From the human T2T-CHM13v2.0 reference genome, Homo sapiens, in the NCBI RefSeq assembly GCF_009914755.1, contig NC_060931.1: a stretch of 64,000 bases of DNA. The stretch is one strand, 5' to 3'. Positions 1-14,500 of this stretch are shown here, piece by piece; the stretch's first letter is position 1; the number at the start of each line of letters is the position of its first letter. The notes below the pieces were generated by a model. The model was not told the origin of the DNA, did no database searches, and saw only the letters and a list, made by a program, of their open reading frames with translations. The position numbers were made by a program, and so were the translations under genes.

Positions 1-362
1 ACGCAGTCAGAAAAAAGAATGAATTCATGTTCTTTGTAGCAACGCAGATGGAGTTGGAGGCCATTATTCTAAGCAAACTAACACAGAAACAGAAAACCCA
101 ATACCACATGTTCTGACTTAAAAGTGAGAGCTAAACAACAAGAACATATGGACATGAAGTGGGGAACAATAGACACAAGGGCTCATAGAGAAAAGAAGGT
201 GGAGGAAATAGAGGATCAGAAAAAAATACCTATCAGGAACTAATGCTTAGTACCTGGGTAATGAAATAATCTGTACACCACACACCTGTGACATGAATTT
301 ACCTATATAACAAAACTGCACTTGTAGCCCTGAATCTTAAATAAAAATTAAAATAAAAAAAG
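1..362 (+). mobile_element. L1 3' end (old primate L1PA/L1PB type)
   Basis: Typical L1 3' sequence (GGAGGCCATTATTCTAAGCAAACTAACACAG...ACCTATATAACAAAACTGCAC...AAATAAAA) with A-rich tail. Confidence 0.9.
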
Positions 363-370
363 AAAAGGAA

Positions 371-543
371 AATTAGGTGTGGTGGTATGTACCTGTGGTC
401 CTAGATACTTGGAAGTTTCAGGCAAGAGGATTGTCTAAGCACCAGAGTTTGAGGCTGCATTGAGGGTTGATCACATCACTGCACTGGAGCCTGGTAACAG
501 AGCAAGACCGTGTCTTAAATAAATACATAAATAAATAATAAAA
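371..543 (+). mobile_element. Old Alu right arm (AluJ/FRAM-like)
   Basis: Diverged Alu right monomer (GAGTTTGAGGCTGCA...CACTGCACTGGAGCCTGG..ACAGAGCAAGACC) with (TAAA)n tail. Confidence 0.85.
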
Positions 544-544
544 G

Positions 545-3500
545 AAATATAAACAACACTCAACAAGGTAAAATTCACAGTGCCTACCATTCAATCACGT
601 ATTGCCAGCATTCAAAGAGGTGGGAAAATATGACTCATAGAAAGGAAAGGCTGGGTGCGGTGGCTCACGCCTGTAATCCCAGCACTTTGGGAAGCCGAGG
701 CAGGTAGATCATCTGAGGTCAGAAGTTTGAGACCAGCCTGACCAATATGGTGAAACCCCATCTCTACTAAAAATACAAAAATTATCCTGCCATGGTGGTG
801 TGTGCCTGTAGTCCCAGCTACTCAGGAGGCTGAGACAGGAGAATTGCTTGAACTGGGAGGCAGAGGTTGCTGCAGTGAGCAGAGATTGTGCCACTGTACT
901 CCAGCCTGGGTGACAGAGTAAGACTCCATCTCAAAAAAAAAAAAAAAAAAAAAAATTATGTAGGGACATAGAAGGTATTTTTTAAAAATGTATAAAGACC
1001 CTAATTAAACTTCTAGAATTAAAAATACAACTAGATGGAATAAATGACAAAAGGAAAATTAGTGTACTTGAAGACATGGCAACAGAAACTCTCAACAAAA
1101 GCTCTTTTCTCTTTTTACAAAGGAAAGAGTAACAAAAAGTAGACAAAGCATTAGTGAGCTGTAGGACAATTTTAAACAGCAAAATATACATGGAATTGGA
1201 GTTGTACATAATTGGAGAGGAGAAATAGGATGGAACAGAAAACTTTTTTTTCCAAATCTGATAAAAAATTATAATCCTACAGATTGAATAACTGAATGAA
1301 CCAAATGATACACATGTGAAGAAAACTACACCAAGGCCCATTGTAAATAGTTGAAAACTAGTGAGAAACAAAAATACATAAAGGAAACCAGAGAAAAATG
1401 ACACATTATAAGTGGACCAAAGATGTGGATAACAGCAGTTCCCATCAAAAAACAATGCAAATGAGATGATAGGCAATATTTTTATTATGCTGAAGTAAAA
1501 AAACTTAACCTAAAATATCTTTTCTAAAGCAAGGGCAAAATATAAAGATTTTTTTCAGAAATAGAAAGGATGAAAGAATTTATTACAACCACCCCGGCAC
1601 TATAAGACATACTAACCAAAGACCTTCAAGCAGAATAAAATGATATCGGGGGAAATCTGACCTACACAAAGGAATGAAGGGCACCAGAAACCACAAATAC
1701 ATGGGTAAATAAATGAAATTTGTTATTATTATGTAAAGCTTTTTAAAAGATAATTAGCTGTTTAATCAAAAGTAGAAACCATCTATTACGGCATTCATAA
1801 CATATTTTAAAATAAAATGTGTGTCAACATTAGCTCCAAGTCTGGGCCAGGAAAAATGAAAATATATTACTATAAGGTTCTACTATACATGAAATGGTAT
1901 AATATACAGGTAGAGTGTAATGAGTTAAATGTATATACTATAATGTAACCACTAAATTAACCAAAAACTGTAGCTAATAAGCCAACAAATGAAATAAATC
2001 ACAAAAAGTACTCAATCCCAAAGAGGCAGAAAAAGTTAAAAAAAAAGAATAAAGAACTGGTGAGACAAATAAAGAACAAGTATCAAAATGATAGATTTAA
2101 ACCAAGCCATATTAATAATCACAAAATAAGCAAATGGCCTAAAAATCCAATATAAAGTCAGAGATTTTAAGATTGTACAAAAAAGGGAGACACAACTATA
2201 TGCCATCTTTAAAAAAGGCACTTCAAATATAAAGACACAAAAAGGTTACAAGTATGGAGATGGTAAAATGTATAGCACGCTAATGCTAATCAAAAGAAAG
2301 CAGGAATAGCTGTATTAATATTGGACAAAGTAGATTTCAGAACAAAAAATACTACCAGAGATAAAGAGGTCATTTCATGAGAATAAATGATAAGATAATG
2401 ATAAAAAAAAGTCCATTCATGAAGAAGATATAATAATCCTAGACATTTCTACACATAATATGAGAGCTTCGAAGTATATGAAATAAAAACTGTACAACTG
2501 AAAAGAGTAATAGATAAAGACACAAGAGCAGTTGGAGATTTTAGTACCCTTTTCTCAATAATTGATAGAACAAGTGGAGAAAAGATCAGCAAAGGTATAG
2601 AAAATTTGAACATTATCAACCAACTTGGCATAATTGGTATTTATAGAATATTATACTGAAAAATATTCTCATTGCATCCATACATTATATTTACCAAGAT
2701 AGACCATATTCTAGGCAATAATAGATGTCTCAATATATTCAAAATAATTCAAATCATACAAGTATGTTCTCTGACCACAATAGCAGTAAATTAGAAATCA
2801 CTAACAGAAAGATCTTTGGAAAATCTCCAAATATTTGGAAATTAAATAACACACTTCTAAGAATTAAATAACACTTCTAAAGGGTCAAAAAAGAAGAAGA
2901 AATTAGACATTTGGAGCTAATTAAAATGAAAACACAACATATAAAAGTTTATGGGCTGCCTACAAAGTAGTAATGAGAAGGAAATTTATAGTAGTAAATG
3001 CGTATGTCAGAAATGAAAAAAAGTGTCAAATCGATGACTTCAGCTTCTAATTTAAAAAATTAGAAATGAAGAGAAAGGTAAACATAGAATAAGTAGAGGG
3101 AAGAAAATAACAAATATCACTATGGAAACCAATAAAATTGGAAACAGAAAAGCAATAGAGAAAATCAGTGAAACCGAAAGTTTCTGCACAATGAAGGAAA
3201 CAACAAAGTGAAGAGATAAAAGCTGGTTCTTTGAGAAGGTCATTAAAGTTGATAAACTCCTAGCCAGACTTAACAGGAACAAAAAACAGATAACATAAAT
3301 TAACTAGCATTAGAACCAGGAGAAGTGATATCACTACAGAGTCTAATGATATTAAAAGGATAATAAGAGACAACTATGGACACTTTTATGCTAATCAATT
3401 CAACAACTTAGATAAAATGGACAAATGACGTGAAAGAAAACCAATAAAGTTTACTGAAAAGTGAGCTCATATATCCTATGTCTATTAAAGAAATTTAATT

Positions 3501-4610
3501 TGTAGTTCAAAACTTTCTACAAAGAAAACTCCAGGCCCAGGTGGCATCACTGGTGAATTTTCCCAAATATTGAAGGAAGAATTACTATTCTATACAAACT
3601 CTTTCAGAAAACTGAAAAGCAGTAAACACTTTCCAACTCTTCTCTGATACCAGTTTTACCCTGATACCAAAACTAAGCAAAAACATAATAGATACAGAGA
3701 AGTATCCTGCATGAGCATAGTTACAAAATCCTCATCAAAATTCTAGCAAATCAAATACGACAGAATATAAGAAGGATAATACCTCATGAGCAAGATGGGT
3801 TTATCCCAGGAATGCAAGGTTGATTTAACATTCAAAACTCTGTCAGTGTAATGTCCCATATCAAAAACAGAAAGGAAAAAATATATAATCATCTCAGTAG
3901 ACTCAGAAAAAAAGATCCAGTATCCATTTCTGATTTTAAAAAACACAACTCTTATCATGGAATAGAAGGGAACTTCTATAACAGGTTATATATGGCAGTT
4001 AAGTTTCCAGGGTAACTCACAGATCTAATCCTTGGATAAATTATTACATCTGTGCAATTATAAAGAAATGGAGGCAGCATTGTTGAAAATCTATAACCTG
4101 GCATGTCAGTTCCATAATCGTCAAGTTGCTTCTGTATGAGAGGTACCATGCTAGGTTCTAGGAGTACAATGCAAACGTGGCATCCCTTGAAAAGCTTGAA
4201 GTTTAAACAGAGGCAAATGGATATGTCACATGCAGGCAATAAACATTCACTGATGCAATGATTTAAAATAAACAAGAAATAATTATGCCAAGTGAAATAA
4301 GCCAGACCAAAAACAGGGTATATATTATATAATTCTACTGATACGTATAATTCTAGAAAAATTAATCTGTGATGGCAGAAAATAGGCCAGCAATTGCTTG
4401 AGGATGAGATCAAGGGAACAGGAAGCGTACTCAGGAGGGATTTGTAAGGGGCACAGGGAAACTTCCAGGGGTGATGAATATGTTCCTTCTATTGATTGTG
4501 GTGATGTTTTCAATAGCATGCACATATATCAGAACTTATTAAAATGTGTGTTTTAAGTGTATATGGTTTATTTTATGTAAATTAAACCTCAATAAAGCTG
4601 TTAAAATATA
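545..4610 (+). mobile_element. Ancient mammalian L1 (L1M type): decayed ORF1, ORF2 endonuclease/RT start and 3' UTR; interrupted by an Alu
   Basis: A-rich L1 sense sequence with ORF2 signatures (GACAAAGTAGATTTCAGAAC, GTTGGAGATTTTAGTACCC, TTCTCTGACCACAA, CCAGGCCCAGGTGGCATCACTGGTGAATT, CCCAGGAATGCAAGGTTG). 3' end AATAAAGCTGTTAAAA at ~4591-4606. Confidence 0.9.
649..956 (+). mobile_element. AluS (Sx/Sq-like)
   Basis: Full dimeric Alu GGCTGGGTGCGGTGGCTCACGCCTGTAATCCC... with poly(A). Confidence 0.95.
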
Positions 4611-4716
4611 TTTTAGGCTACAATGTCGACATTTAGGAAGGAATGGTTATTATTTTTCCTGCAATGCTCCAGAGAGGCCTCCTGAACAGATATTGCTGAA
4701 CCCAACCACAGCTCTC

Positions 4717-5181
4717 TGTATCAGAAGCTTCCACAGGAAACAAGAGGACACATTCAAATTCTGTAATTTGAGACGAGATTAATAAAAGGACTATATACAA
4801 AAATGCAAGAAAGATTTGGAATAACACAAGGCATAGTACAGTACCTCATGGCTGATAGCACTCACTACCATGAGACTAGAAGTGGAGGGGAGAAGTGGCT
4901 CTTAGAACCTGGGAAGAAGGTGCCCTGCTAAGGCGGACATTTGAAAAAGAGCTGAGACATCACAGCACACATTTAACCTACATGGACATTTTAGGGAAGG
5001 AGCAAAGGAACAAAAATCCTAGCTGTATTATCCTCCCTCCTTCCCAATCTCTACAGGTGCTCACCATTGGCCAGCCCCACCAAAAGCCAAACTATAAGGA
5101 GGCATCCAGCCAAACAGCCTCTTCAGTCTTGGAACAGCTTGGAAAATGAATCTGGAAGGACAAATAGGTGATCTACAGCAT
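4717..5181 (-). mobile_element. ERVL solo LTR, LTR33-like
   Basis: Resembles the recalled LTR33 consensus (…TTAATAAAAGGACTAT…CCATTGGCCAGCCCCACCAAAAGCCA…ATCTGGAAGGACAAATAGG…CAGCA). Confidence 0.55.
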
Positions 5182-5216
5182 AATCTCCATTATAGTGTAC
5201 TTTCTCTTCATCCGGT

Positions 5217-5651
5217 TGATTTGGTTTGGATCTGTGTCCCCACCCAAATCTCATGTTGAACTGTAATCTCCAGTGTTGGAGGTGGGGCCTCGTGGGAGGT
5301 GTTTGGATCATGAAGGCAGATTCCTTATGAATGATTTGGGCCATCCCTTTGGTGATGAGTGAGCTCTTGCTCTGAGTTGACAGGAGATCTGGTCATTCAA
5401 AAGTGTGTGACATGCTCCCTGCCTCCACCTGCTCTTGCTCATGCTTTTGCCATGTGACTTGCCTGCCCCTTGTTCGCCTTCTGCCATGATTGTAAGCTTC
5501 CAGAAGCCTCCCTGGAAGCTGAGTAGTTGCCAGCACCATGCTTCCTGTAAAGTCTGAAGAACTGTGAATGAATTAAACTTCTTTTCTTTATAAATTACTT
5601 TATAAATGGTAAAGGTATTTCTTTACAGTAATGCAAGAATGCCCTAATACA
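5217..5651 (+). mobile_element. MaLR solo LTR (MSTA/MSTB-like)
   Basis: TGATTTGGTTTGGATCTGTGTCCCCACCCAAATCTC...CTAATACA; near-TSD CCGGT/CAGGT. Confidence 0.9.
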
Positions 5652-5843
5652 CAGGTCCGAGATCAAAGGATAAAAAATTAGATAGAACTAACACAGTCAT
5701 ATTTTTCCTCTGGAAAACAATAATTATTTCAGACTTTTACTTAACAATATAAGGCTTCATCTTCCTTCTGATTGGATAGTCTCAGTTCCTGCATTTGGAA
5801 AGATGTACTGATGAGCATGAATTTGACAAGCAGTGCCCTATGC

Positions 5844-6160
5844 CAGGAGTGGACAAACTATGGCTTATGGGCCAAATCTGTCCCATTGACTGTTTTTGTA
5901 CAGCTTGCAAGGTAAGAATGGCTTTTACACATTTAAATGATTGAAGAAATATCAAAAGAAAAAAAATTTTTGTGACACGAAAATTACATGAAATTCAAAT
6001 TTCAGGGTCCATAAATAAAGTTTTACTGGAACTAGGCATACCCATCAATTTACATATTGTCTATAGCTGCTTTTGCACTGCAAGTGGCAGAGTTGAGTAG
6101 TTGCCCACAAAACCTAAAATATTTATTCTCTGACTCTTTACAGAAGTTTCCTGACTCCCA
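5844..6160 (+). mobile_element. MER58B-like hAT-Charlie MITE
   Basis: CAGGAGTGGACAAACTATGGC..GGGCCAAATC...AATAAAGTTTTACTGGAAC...AAAATATTTATTCTCTGACTCTTTACAGAA. Confidence 0.85.
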
Positions 6161-6189
6161 CCCTAGCTAAAGAAGCTGCAGATGTGGGG

Positions 6190-6380
6190 ACAGATTCACC
6201 TGGAGACAGGCCCTGGCTCCATTGCTCCTTTCCTGTGTCATCCTGACATGTTATGCCATTTCCACAAATTTCAGTTTTCTCAAGACAAAAAGGGGATAGT
6301 AATGTCTACTATATAGAGTCACCATTGAGCATTATATCACAGAGCAAAAGTAAAATGCCTGGCACAGGGACTAACACACA
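6190..6380 (+). mobile_element. MIR
   Basis: Degenerate MIR core (TGTGTCATCCTG...TTCAGTTTTCTC...AAAAGGGGATAGTAAT...GTAAAATGCCTGGCACAG). Confidence 0.65.
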
Positions 6381-6717
6381 CAGAAAATTATTTCTCTCAC
6401 TAAATGAATAATAGGTGAAAATACCATGGAACATCAAGCCATGCAAGTTTTCCTACCTTACTGTTTATACAACTTTTCCACTTTACCATTTACTAAACAT
6501 ACGTCTATCTTCTCATCATTCCAACTGGTGTCAGAGGAGATTTACTTCTTATCTAAAGCTTATCCCTTGCCTGTAGACACCAGATCCCATCCCTTTCAAA
6601 TCTGCTTAAATAATAGTTTCTAATCTTTAGTGTGCTTACAAAGCGTCTGGGTGTTACAATACAGATATGTGAGCCCGCAGAGAAATCTGCATTTCAAAAT
6701 TACTTTAAGGAGAAAAT

Positions 6718-6742
6718 TCTCTCTCTCTCTCTCTCTCTCTCT

Positions 6743-6786
<44 letters not shown>
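6718..6786 (+). repeat. (TC)n(CA)n compound microsatellite
   Basis: Direct read. Confidence 0.97.
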
Positions 6787-6788
<2 letters not shown>

Positions 6789-7479
6789 CTCTCTCTCTTC
6801 CTAACATGTTTGTAATCTCTTTCTTCATAGACTTCTTCTCTCCTATCAGTATCATTTATCTTTAAAAAAATAAGATGGAGTTGCTGTTGTCATAATGTTT
6901 TTTCTAGCTACCACCAATCTCTTTTATTCTACCATCAAACTCCTGACATGTGCAAATTATACTACATCTGAAGCTATTTAGGAAACTTATTTTATGATCT
7001 CTATATCTGTAATTTCCTGTGCCACCTCTCACTTTCTATTTCTTCATTATCTATTTCTTTTGTTAATTACTTGTCATCGTCTCTTCATTAAACATAGAAC
7101 CTCCTTTGCTCAGTTTACTGCCTCACAGCCTCTTACTCCCAGTGAACTCATCTGGCCCTAGTCAGCACCAGCTTTAGGGGACTTCATAATGGGAGGCTAA
7201 TGTGCTTTTACCACAAGGCCATGGAGTTGTACTCAGGGTTTCCTGACATAGTTCCCAGGTCTGGGGTTTGAGGGAGCTCAAAAGGCAAAACCCATTTTTT
7301 CCATTCCTGAACTAACAGAGACAAGAGCGAGACAGAAATAATGCAAATAGAAAAATGAGAGAAAAAATTTGTATTACAGACAAGACTGATTTGTGGAGAA
7401 TGTAGCTTATGTCAGCACCTAAGTAGGTTTGCAATACTGGGACGCTGAGTTATACAAATTTATGCACCCAGTAACAGGC

Positions 7480-9320
<1,841 letters not shown>

Positions 9321-9402
9321 TAATATGAGTGCAGAGAGGGAGAGAGAGAGAATGAGAGAGAAATAATCGCACCATATTGTCAACATACATCAAGAGCTTT
9401 AA

Positions 9403-9715
<313 letters not shown>

Positions 9716-10667
9716 CAAAAGCTTCATAACTTTTAACCACAAATTTTCAGTTCTGATAGTTCAGAATTGAACTATCAGGAAAAAAAAAAGTAAGATATTG
9801 TCTAAGGAGGCAATGACGAATAAGTATGTCTCTAAGTATCAGCTACAAAAATTGATTGCTGAACTATTTATAATCACTTAAAATTTAAAAAAAACATAAA
9901 TATGCAACAAAAAGAAGAACATATATTTAAATAAATTGTGACAACCCATACAACAGATTCCCATAAAACCCAAAAAGTATATATAGCCATGTGGGAAGGT
10001 GATCATTATATATGATTGGAAAAAAACCCACAGGTTTACAATACAGTAAATTTAGTATGAACTCATTTTTCAAAAAACAAATATGTGTTTTTATTAGATT
10101 GTCTCAGAAATCCATGTGTGTGTATGTGGAATACTTTTCCAGGTATACACTGGCAATACCCCACTAATTTGTGTTTTCACCAGTATACACAGGACAATGG
10201 CAGGTTGTAGCAGTTATCTGTTGGGTTTGAGCAATCCAGCATTCATTTCCTGTTCTTTTAGTAAAAGTGATCCAATTTTTACTGGGGTCAACTCTATCCC
10301 AATCTGGAGTTGCCATGTGGTCCCAGCCTGAATCAATTAGTACCTTTCATTCCCCTGCCATAATATTTGGTTCAGAAATTGTCACTGGACTAATATGAGT
10401 CAAATATTAATTTTCTAGCTGAATTTTGGTGAAAGATCCTCTTTTTCCTAACATTTGAAACTAAAAGGAAGCTGTTTCGACCTATACAGCAGCCGTATTT
10501 CCACTGATAGGATAGAAGCTGTCCAAAAGTGAACCCAACAGAGAAGTAGGGCACGAATGTACAGAAAAAATCCAGATACTAAACCTGTCCTTTAAGCCTG
10601 TGTATACAGCTCTACTTAAAATCAGTTTATCCCATTTCCCCAAATTTTCAGTTTTTTTTTTTAACTT

Positions 10668-11065
10668 TACTATGGTTTGAATGTGTTCCTCAAAGTTCAT
10701 ATTTTAGACACTTAATCCTCAGTGCTACAGTGTTGAGAGGTGAATCTTTAAGGGGTGATTAGGTCATGAGGGCCCTAATGTCTTAAGTGGATTAATGCTA
10801 TTGTAGAGATGGCAGGTTAGTTATCTTGAAAGTTGGTTCCTGATAAAAGAATGAATTTGGCCCCCTTCCCTTCTTTCTCTCTTGTGTGTGTTCTCTTGCC
10901 CTCTCACCTTCTGCCATGGATGACACAGTAAGCAGGGCCTTGCCAGATGTGGACTCCTCAACCTTGGACTTTCTAGACTCCAGAACTATAAGAAATGAAT
11001 CTCTGTTCTTATAAATTACTCAGTCTCAGGTATTCTATTTTGGAAGCACAGAACAGAATAAGACA
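10668..11065 (+). mobile_element. MaLR solo LTR (MSTB/MSTD-like), nested in the L1MA tail
   Basis: TACTATGGTTTGAATGTG...TTAGGTCATGAGGGC...CCAGAACTATAAGAAAT...ATAAATTACTCAGTCTCAGGTATTCT...TAAGACA. Confidence 0.88.
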
Positions 11066-11835
11066 GCTTTATTGAGGTATGATTGAGGGGAAAATTGTAT
11101 ATATTTAAGGTATACAGAAAGATGTTCAACATCACTAATAATCAGAAAATGCAAATCAAAATCACAGTGAGAGATTATTTCACACCTGTTAAGATGGCCA
11201 TATAAAAAAGTAAGAAGATAACAATTGTTGGCAAGGATATGGGGGAAATGGACCCATATACACTGTTGGTGGGAATGTAAATTGGTGCTGCCATTATAGA
11301 AAATAGCCATTATAGAAAATAACTATCCTAGGCAAATTTTAAGGATATTCCTTTAAAAATTAAAAATAGAACTACCATTTGATTCAGCCATCACATTTTT
11401 AGGTATATATCCAAAGGAAATAAAATCAGTTGAAGAGATCACAATAGCCATGATGTGGAAGTAATTTGTGTTCACAATGGATGAATGGTTAAAGAAAATG
11501 TAAAATGTGGTGTGTGTATAGGTGTGTGTGTGTGTGTGTTTTCAGCCCTAAAAAAGAAGTTAATTCTGCCATTTTTGAAAATATGAATGAACATGTAAGA
11601 TATTATGCTAAAAGAAATAAGCTAGATACAGAAAGACAAATATTGCATGATCTTACTTACATGTGGGATTGTAATAAGTCAGACTTGTAGAAAAAGAGGG
11701 TAGGGACTTGGAGGTGGGGGAAATATGGGGATTTTGGTCAGAGGATACAAACTTTCAGTTACAGCATGGTAACTATCACTAATAATAGTTAATGATAATA
11801 TATTATATATATTTAAAATTTACTGAGAGTAGATC

Positions 11836-11912
11836 TTTTATATATATATATATTTATTATACTTTAAGTTCTAGGTTACATGTGCACAATGTGCAGGTTT
11901 GTTACATATGTA
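11836..11912 (-). mobile_element. Very short L1PA 3' tip nested in the L1MA
   Basis: TTATTATACTTTAAGTTCTAGGTTACATGTGCACAATGTGCAGGTTTGTTACATATGTA is the antisense young L1PA terminus. Confidence 0.85.
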
Positions 11913-11926
11913 CTTTAGTGTTCTCA

Positions 11927-11927
<1 letters not shown>

Positions 11928-11961
<34 letters not shown>
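11928..11961 (+). repeat. (CA)n microsatellite
   Basis: Direct read. Confidence 0.95.
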
Positions 11962-11963
<2 letters not shown>

Positions 11964-12943
11964 GGTAACAAAAATTTTCAGCTTTTTAAGCCGATAAATT
12001 CCTGTTTGCCTGTGTAAATGGTACTTTCAGGTTCTTACGACCTTGAGTGTTCTAATAATATGGTGCAGTGAACTGACAATAAGTCTAGAGTTTACTATTG
12101 AGCTCTGTATCAAGAACACTGATGTGTCCTGTGGCCAGCTCCTTCCACCAGATAATTCAGAGTTACCTGGGACTCCAATAAGGTAGCTATTCTCATTTGG
12201 GGAGTGGGATAGAAATCTCAAGGTGGTCTCCGGAGCCAATGACTCTACTAGCGGTCTTGGGAGTAGGGGAGAGTACAATGGGAAGACCCTGAGGCAAGAA
12301 AGTGATCAGAAGAAACTTCAAGGTCAGAGTCTCCTGGAAGGGTGATTTTGTTTTTAAATTGGCATTAATTAGAACTGATAAATACAGTCAAGTATCAGTC
12401 ACTGAAGGTCCCTGTGCAATGGCGATGAGTACAGCTAGTTTTCCCCTAAGATCTTTCTCATGGTTTAAGCATCATTGGATGATTGTGACAGCAGTACAGA
12501 TAACATATGCTGTAGAGAGAAAATCCACCGAAAGCTCTGGAAAGAAGTGGCAGTGGAGTCAACCCTGATGAAGACAGAGCAACTGCCAAGGGGACTAAGG
12601 AAAGGGTTGCAGGCAGTTTCCCTATTTCAGGGAAACGACGAGAGTGCAGGAGCAAGAAGCACCTGGTGAGCTCCAAGCAGCAGGCTGGTGTAGACAGTGG
12701 CAGCAGCCTACGTCTGAGAGAAGGGTCAAGATCTAAGACCTGGGGCAAAGGTAACTGGAAAAGAAGCTGATAGACTGAGAGAGGGCAAAGGTAGGTGCCA
12801 CTCAGAAATGTTGGTATCCTAGAAAAGATGAGAACCTCAGTCTTGTGGTCACACAGCTGCTAGACAGAGAAACTAATAAATATCTGAGTTAAATGTTAAA
12901 GTGATCACTCTGTATCTAAAAACTAGAATTTGGGGGTGTGGAA

Positions 12944-13100
12944 TTCTTCTCTTCTTTCTCCTCCTCCTCTGCCTTATTCTCTTCCTCCTCTTCTCCCTCT
13001 TCTCTCCTCTTCACCCTCCTCCTCCTTTGTCGTCATCAACTCCTCCTCCTCCTTCTCCTCCTTCTCCTTTTCCTTCTTCTCCTCCTTCTCCTTTGTCTTT
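12944..13100 (+). repeat. (TCC/TTC)n pyrimidine-rich low-complexity tract
   Basis: Direct read. Confidence 0.9.
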
Positions 13101-13159
13101 TATTGCTTATCTGTGTATCTTAATTTTTCTATGTGAGAAAAAGTTTCATCAAATGGCCA

Positions 13160-13415
13160 TAAAGGGGTCTTTGCTTACATTGATAGAAATATAATATCCT
13201 GACCTAAGGAATTCTACCACTGGATATAACAGCCACTCTCCAGCTTTCAGTGATCTACTTACCTCGGCACACAATTCTGACATCAGCTGTAAGAACAACA
13301 TTGATAAATTAGAAGGAGAATGGGAGTAGGAAAAACATTTGACACCACCTGTTTTAAAGCAGTAGTTGAAAGAACTGAAATGTCTAGCCTGCCGAAGAGA
13401 TCTCTGAGGGGTAAG
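13160..13415 (+). mobile_element. L3/CR1 3' fragment
   Basis: ACATTGATAAATTAGAAG...GTTGAAAGAACTGAAATGTCTAGCCTGCCGAAGAGATCTCTGAGGGG resembles the CR1 LKELGLFSLEKRRLRG region. Confidence 0.55.
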
Positions 13416-13494
13416 AAGTGGAGCTATACCTAGTTCAAAGTAGGTGCTTATTTCATGGTTTTGAATAATCTGTAATTAAATAAATGACATCTCC

Positions 13495-14500
13495 CTTACT
13501 AGATTACAAACATTTTTATGAGAGGAAATTATGAACTGTATTTCCTTCTTTCCCTTCAGAGCCTATTACCAAGCTTTGTGTATAGTGAAGGTTCAAAAGG
13601 TATTTAGCAGTTGATTATATTTCATTCATAGCCCATCACAGTTCTCTGTAAATAGCTAGAGGAAGAGCCCAGGAGCTAGGAATTAAGTAAAGAGTGCTTT
13701 TTTATCTATGTGCTTTTCTAGATCACCCTTTCCCCCAGACTGCCCTGGCACTGAAGAACTTTTTGCCTTCTTATTTCCAATGACATCTGCGTCCAATCCA
13801 CTAGACCTGCCTGCTGCTCCTCACATGCATGTCCCATCATCATGGATTGCTCTCCCATGGAGGTTCTAAACTGAAATTCCAATTGCATTTTAAATTAAAT
13901 TTTCTAAGCCAATGGCCTGTCAATGCCTCTAACTACCATGCTTAAGACTAAATTCATCATCTTGTTATCCAGATTTATTTTTTTCATATTTCTGGTTACC
14001 ATGCCATCACTGGCCTGCTAAATGGTGTTTAAAACCTCCAAGTCATCTCTTTTCCAAATCCAAATGCTCTGTTGACAAAAGCATCTTCTTTTTGCCATTG
14101 CATCATCTCTTCTATTTAAACTGTCGTCTCCATTCATACCCTCTTCACCATACTTCATACTCTTATTATCTACTTTCTAGATGATAATAATAGCATTTAA
14201 TTTAACTCCTCAGTTTCCTCTTCACACCCCAACATATCTTTCACCTTGATTCCAGATTAGTGTTCTCAATGTCCCGTTCTGATTATTGTACTTTACTCAC
14301 TAAAAATCATTCCTGACTCCCTTTAGGACTAAGTAAAATGTAAATCTTCTGGTTTGTTGCACAAGGCTTTTAACAAATTGATCCTAATCTGTTTTTACCA
14401 GCATGATTTCCAACAACTTTTATAAATCAGCCTTCTGCTTCAAACAATTTGTTCTACTCAAATACTGTCTATGCTTTTCAGCTACTCAATGTTTCCATTG
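13495..14500 (+). mobile_element. L2 fragments
   Basis: Pyrimidine-rich L2-like sequence (CTAAATTCATCATCTT, TTCCAGATTAGTGTTCTCAATGTCCCGTTCTGATTATTGTACT, ACAAGGCTTTTAACAAATTGATCCTAATC) and an L2 3' tip near 13500-13615. Confidence 0.55.

Larger units (their letters stand above)
10652..11971 (-). mobile_element. L1MA 3' fragment with 5' inversion (poly(T) + antisense tip at 10652-11116; inverted sense-oriented segment 11117-11970)
   Basis: Antisense L1MA terminus GCTTTATTGAGGTATGATTG...ATATTTAAGGTATACA abuts sense L1 sequence (CAAATCAAAATCACAGTGAGA...GTAGATCTT...TTCTCACCAC...AAAGGTAAC); TSD AAATTTTCAG(T/C)TTTTT. Confidence 0.8.
10206..12060 (+). mobile_element. Old MaLR LTR (MLT1J/K-like) split by an L1MA insertion (LTR parts ~10206-10651 and ~11972-12060)
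   Basis: Start TGTAGCAG; 3' part TTTTCAGC...AAGCCGATAAATTCCTGTTTG...TTCTAATAATA resembles MLT1 termini; the two halves are joined by a TSD. Confidence 0.55.

Noticed and set aside
2840-2880. Small local duplications (here, 11290-11321 and 25991-26025)
   Set aside because: Ordinary slippage duplications of 15-22 bp inside or beside decayed repeats
982-4413. Hydrophobic 60-164 aa minus-strand ORFs resembling membrane proteins
   Set aside because: Antisense of A-rich L1 gives T-rich Phe/Leu/Ile codons; artefact
12901-13194. ORF with a signal-like hydrophobic stretch and poly-Pro/Ser
   Set aside because: All three frames are open because of the (TCC/TTC)n tract; no splice or promoter support
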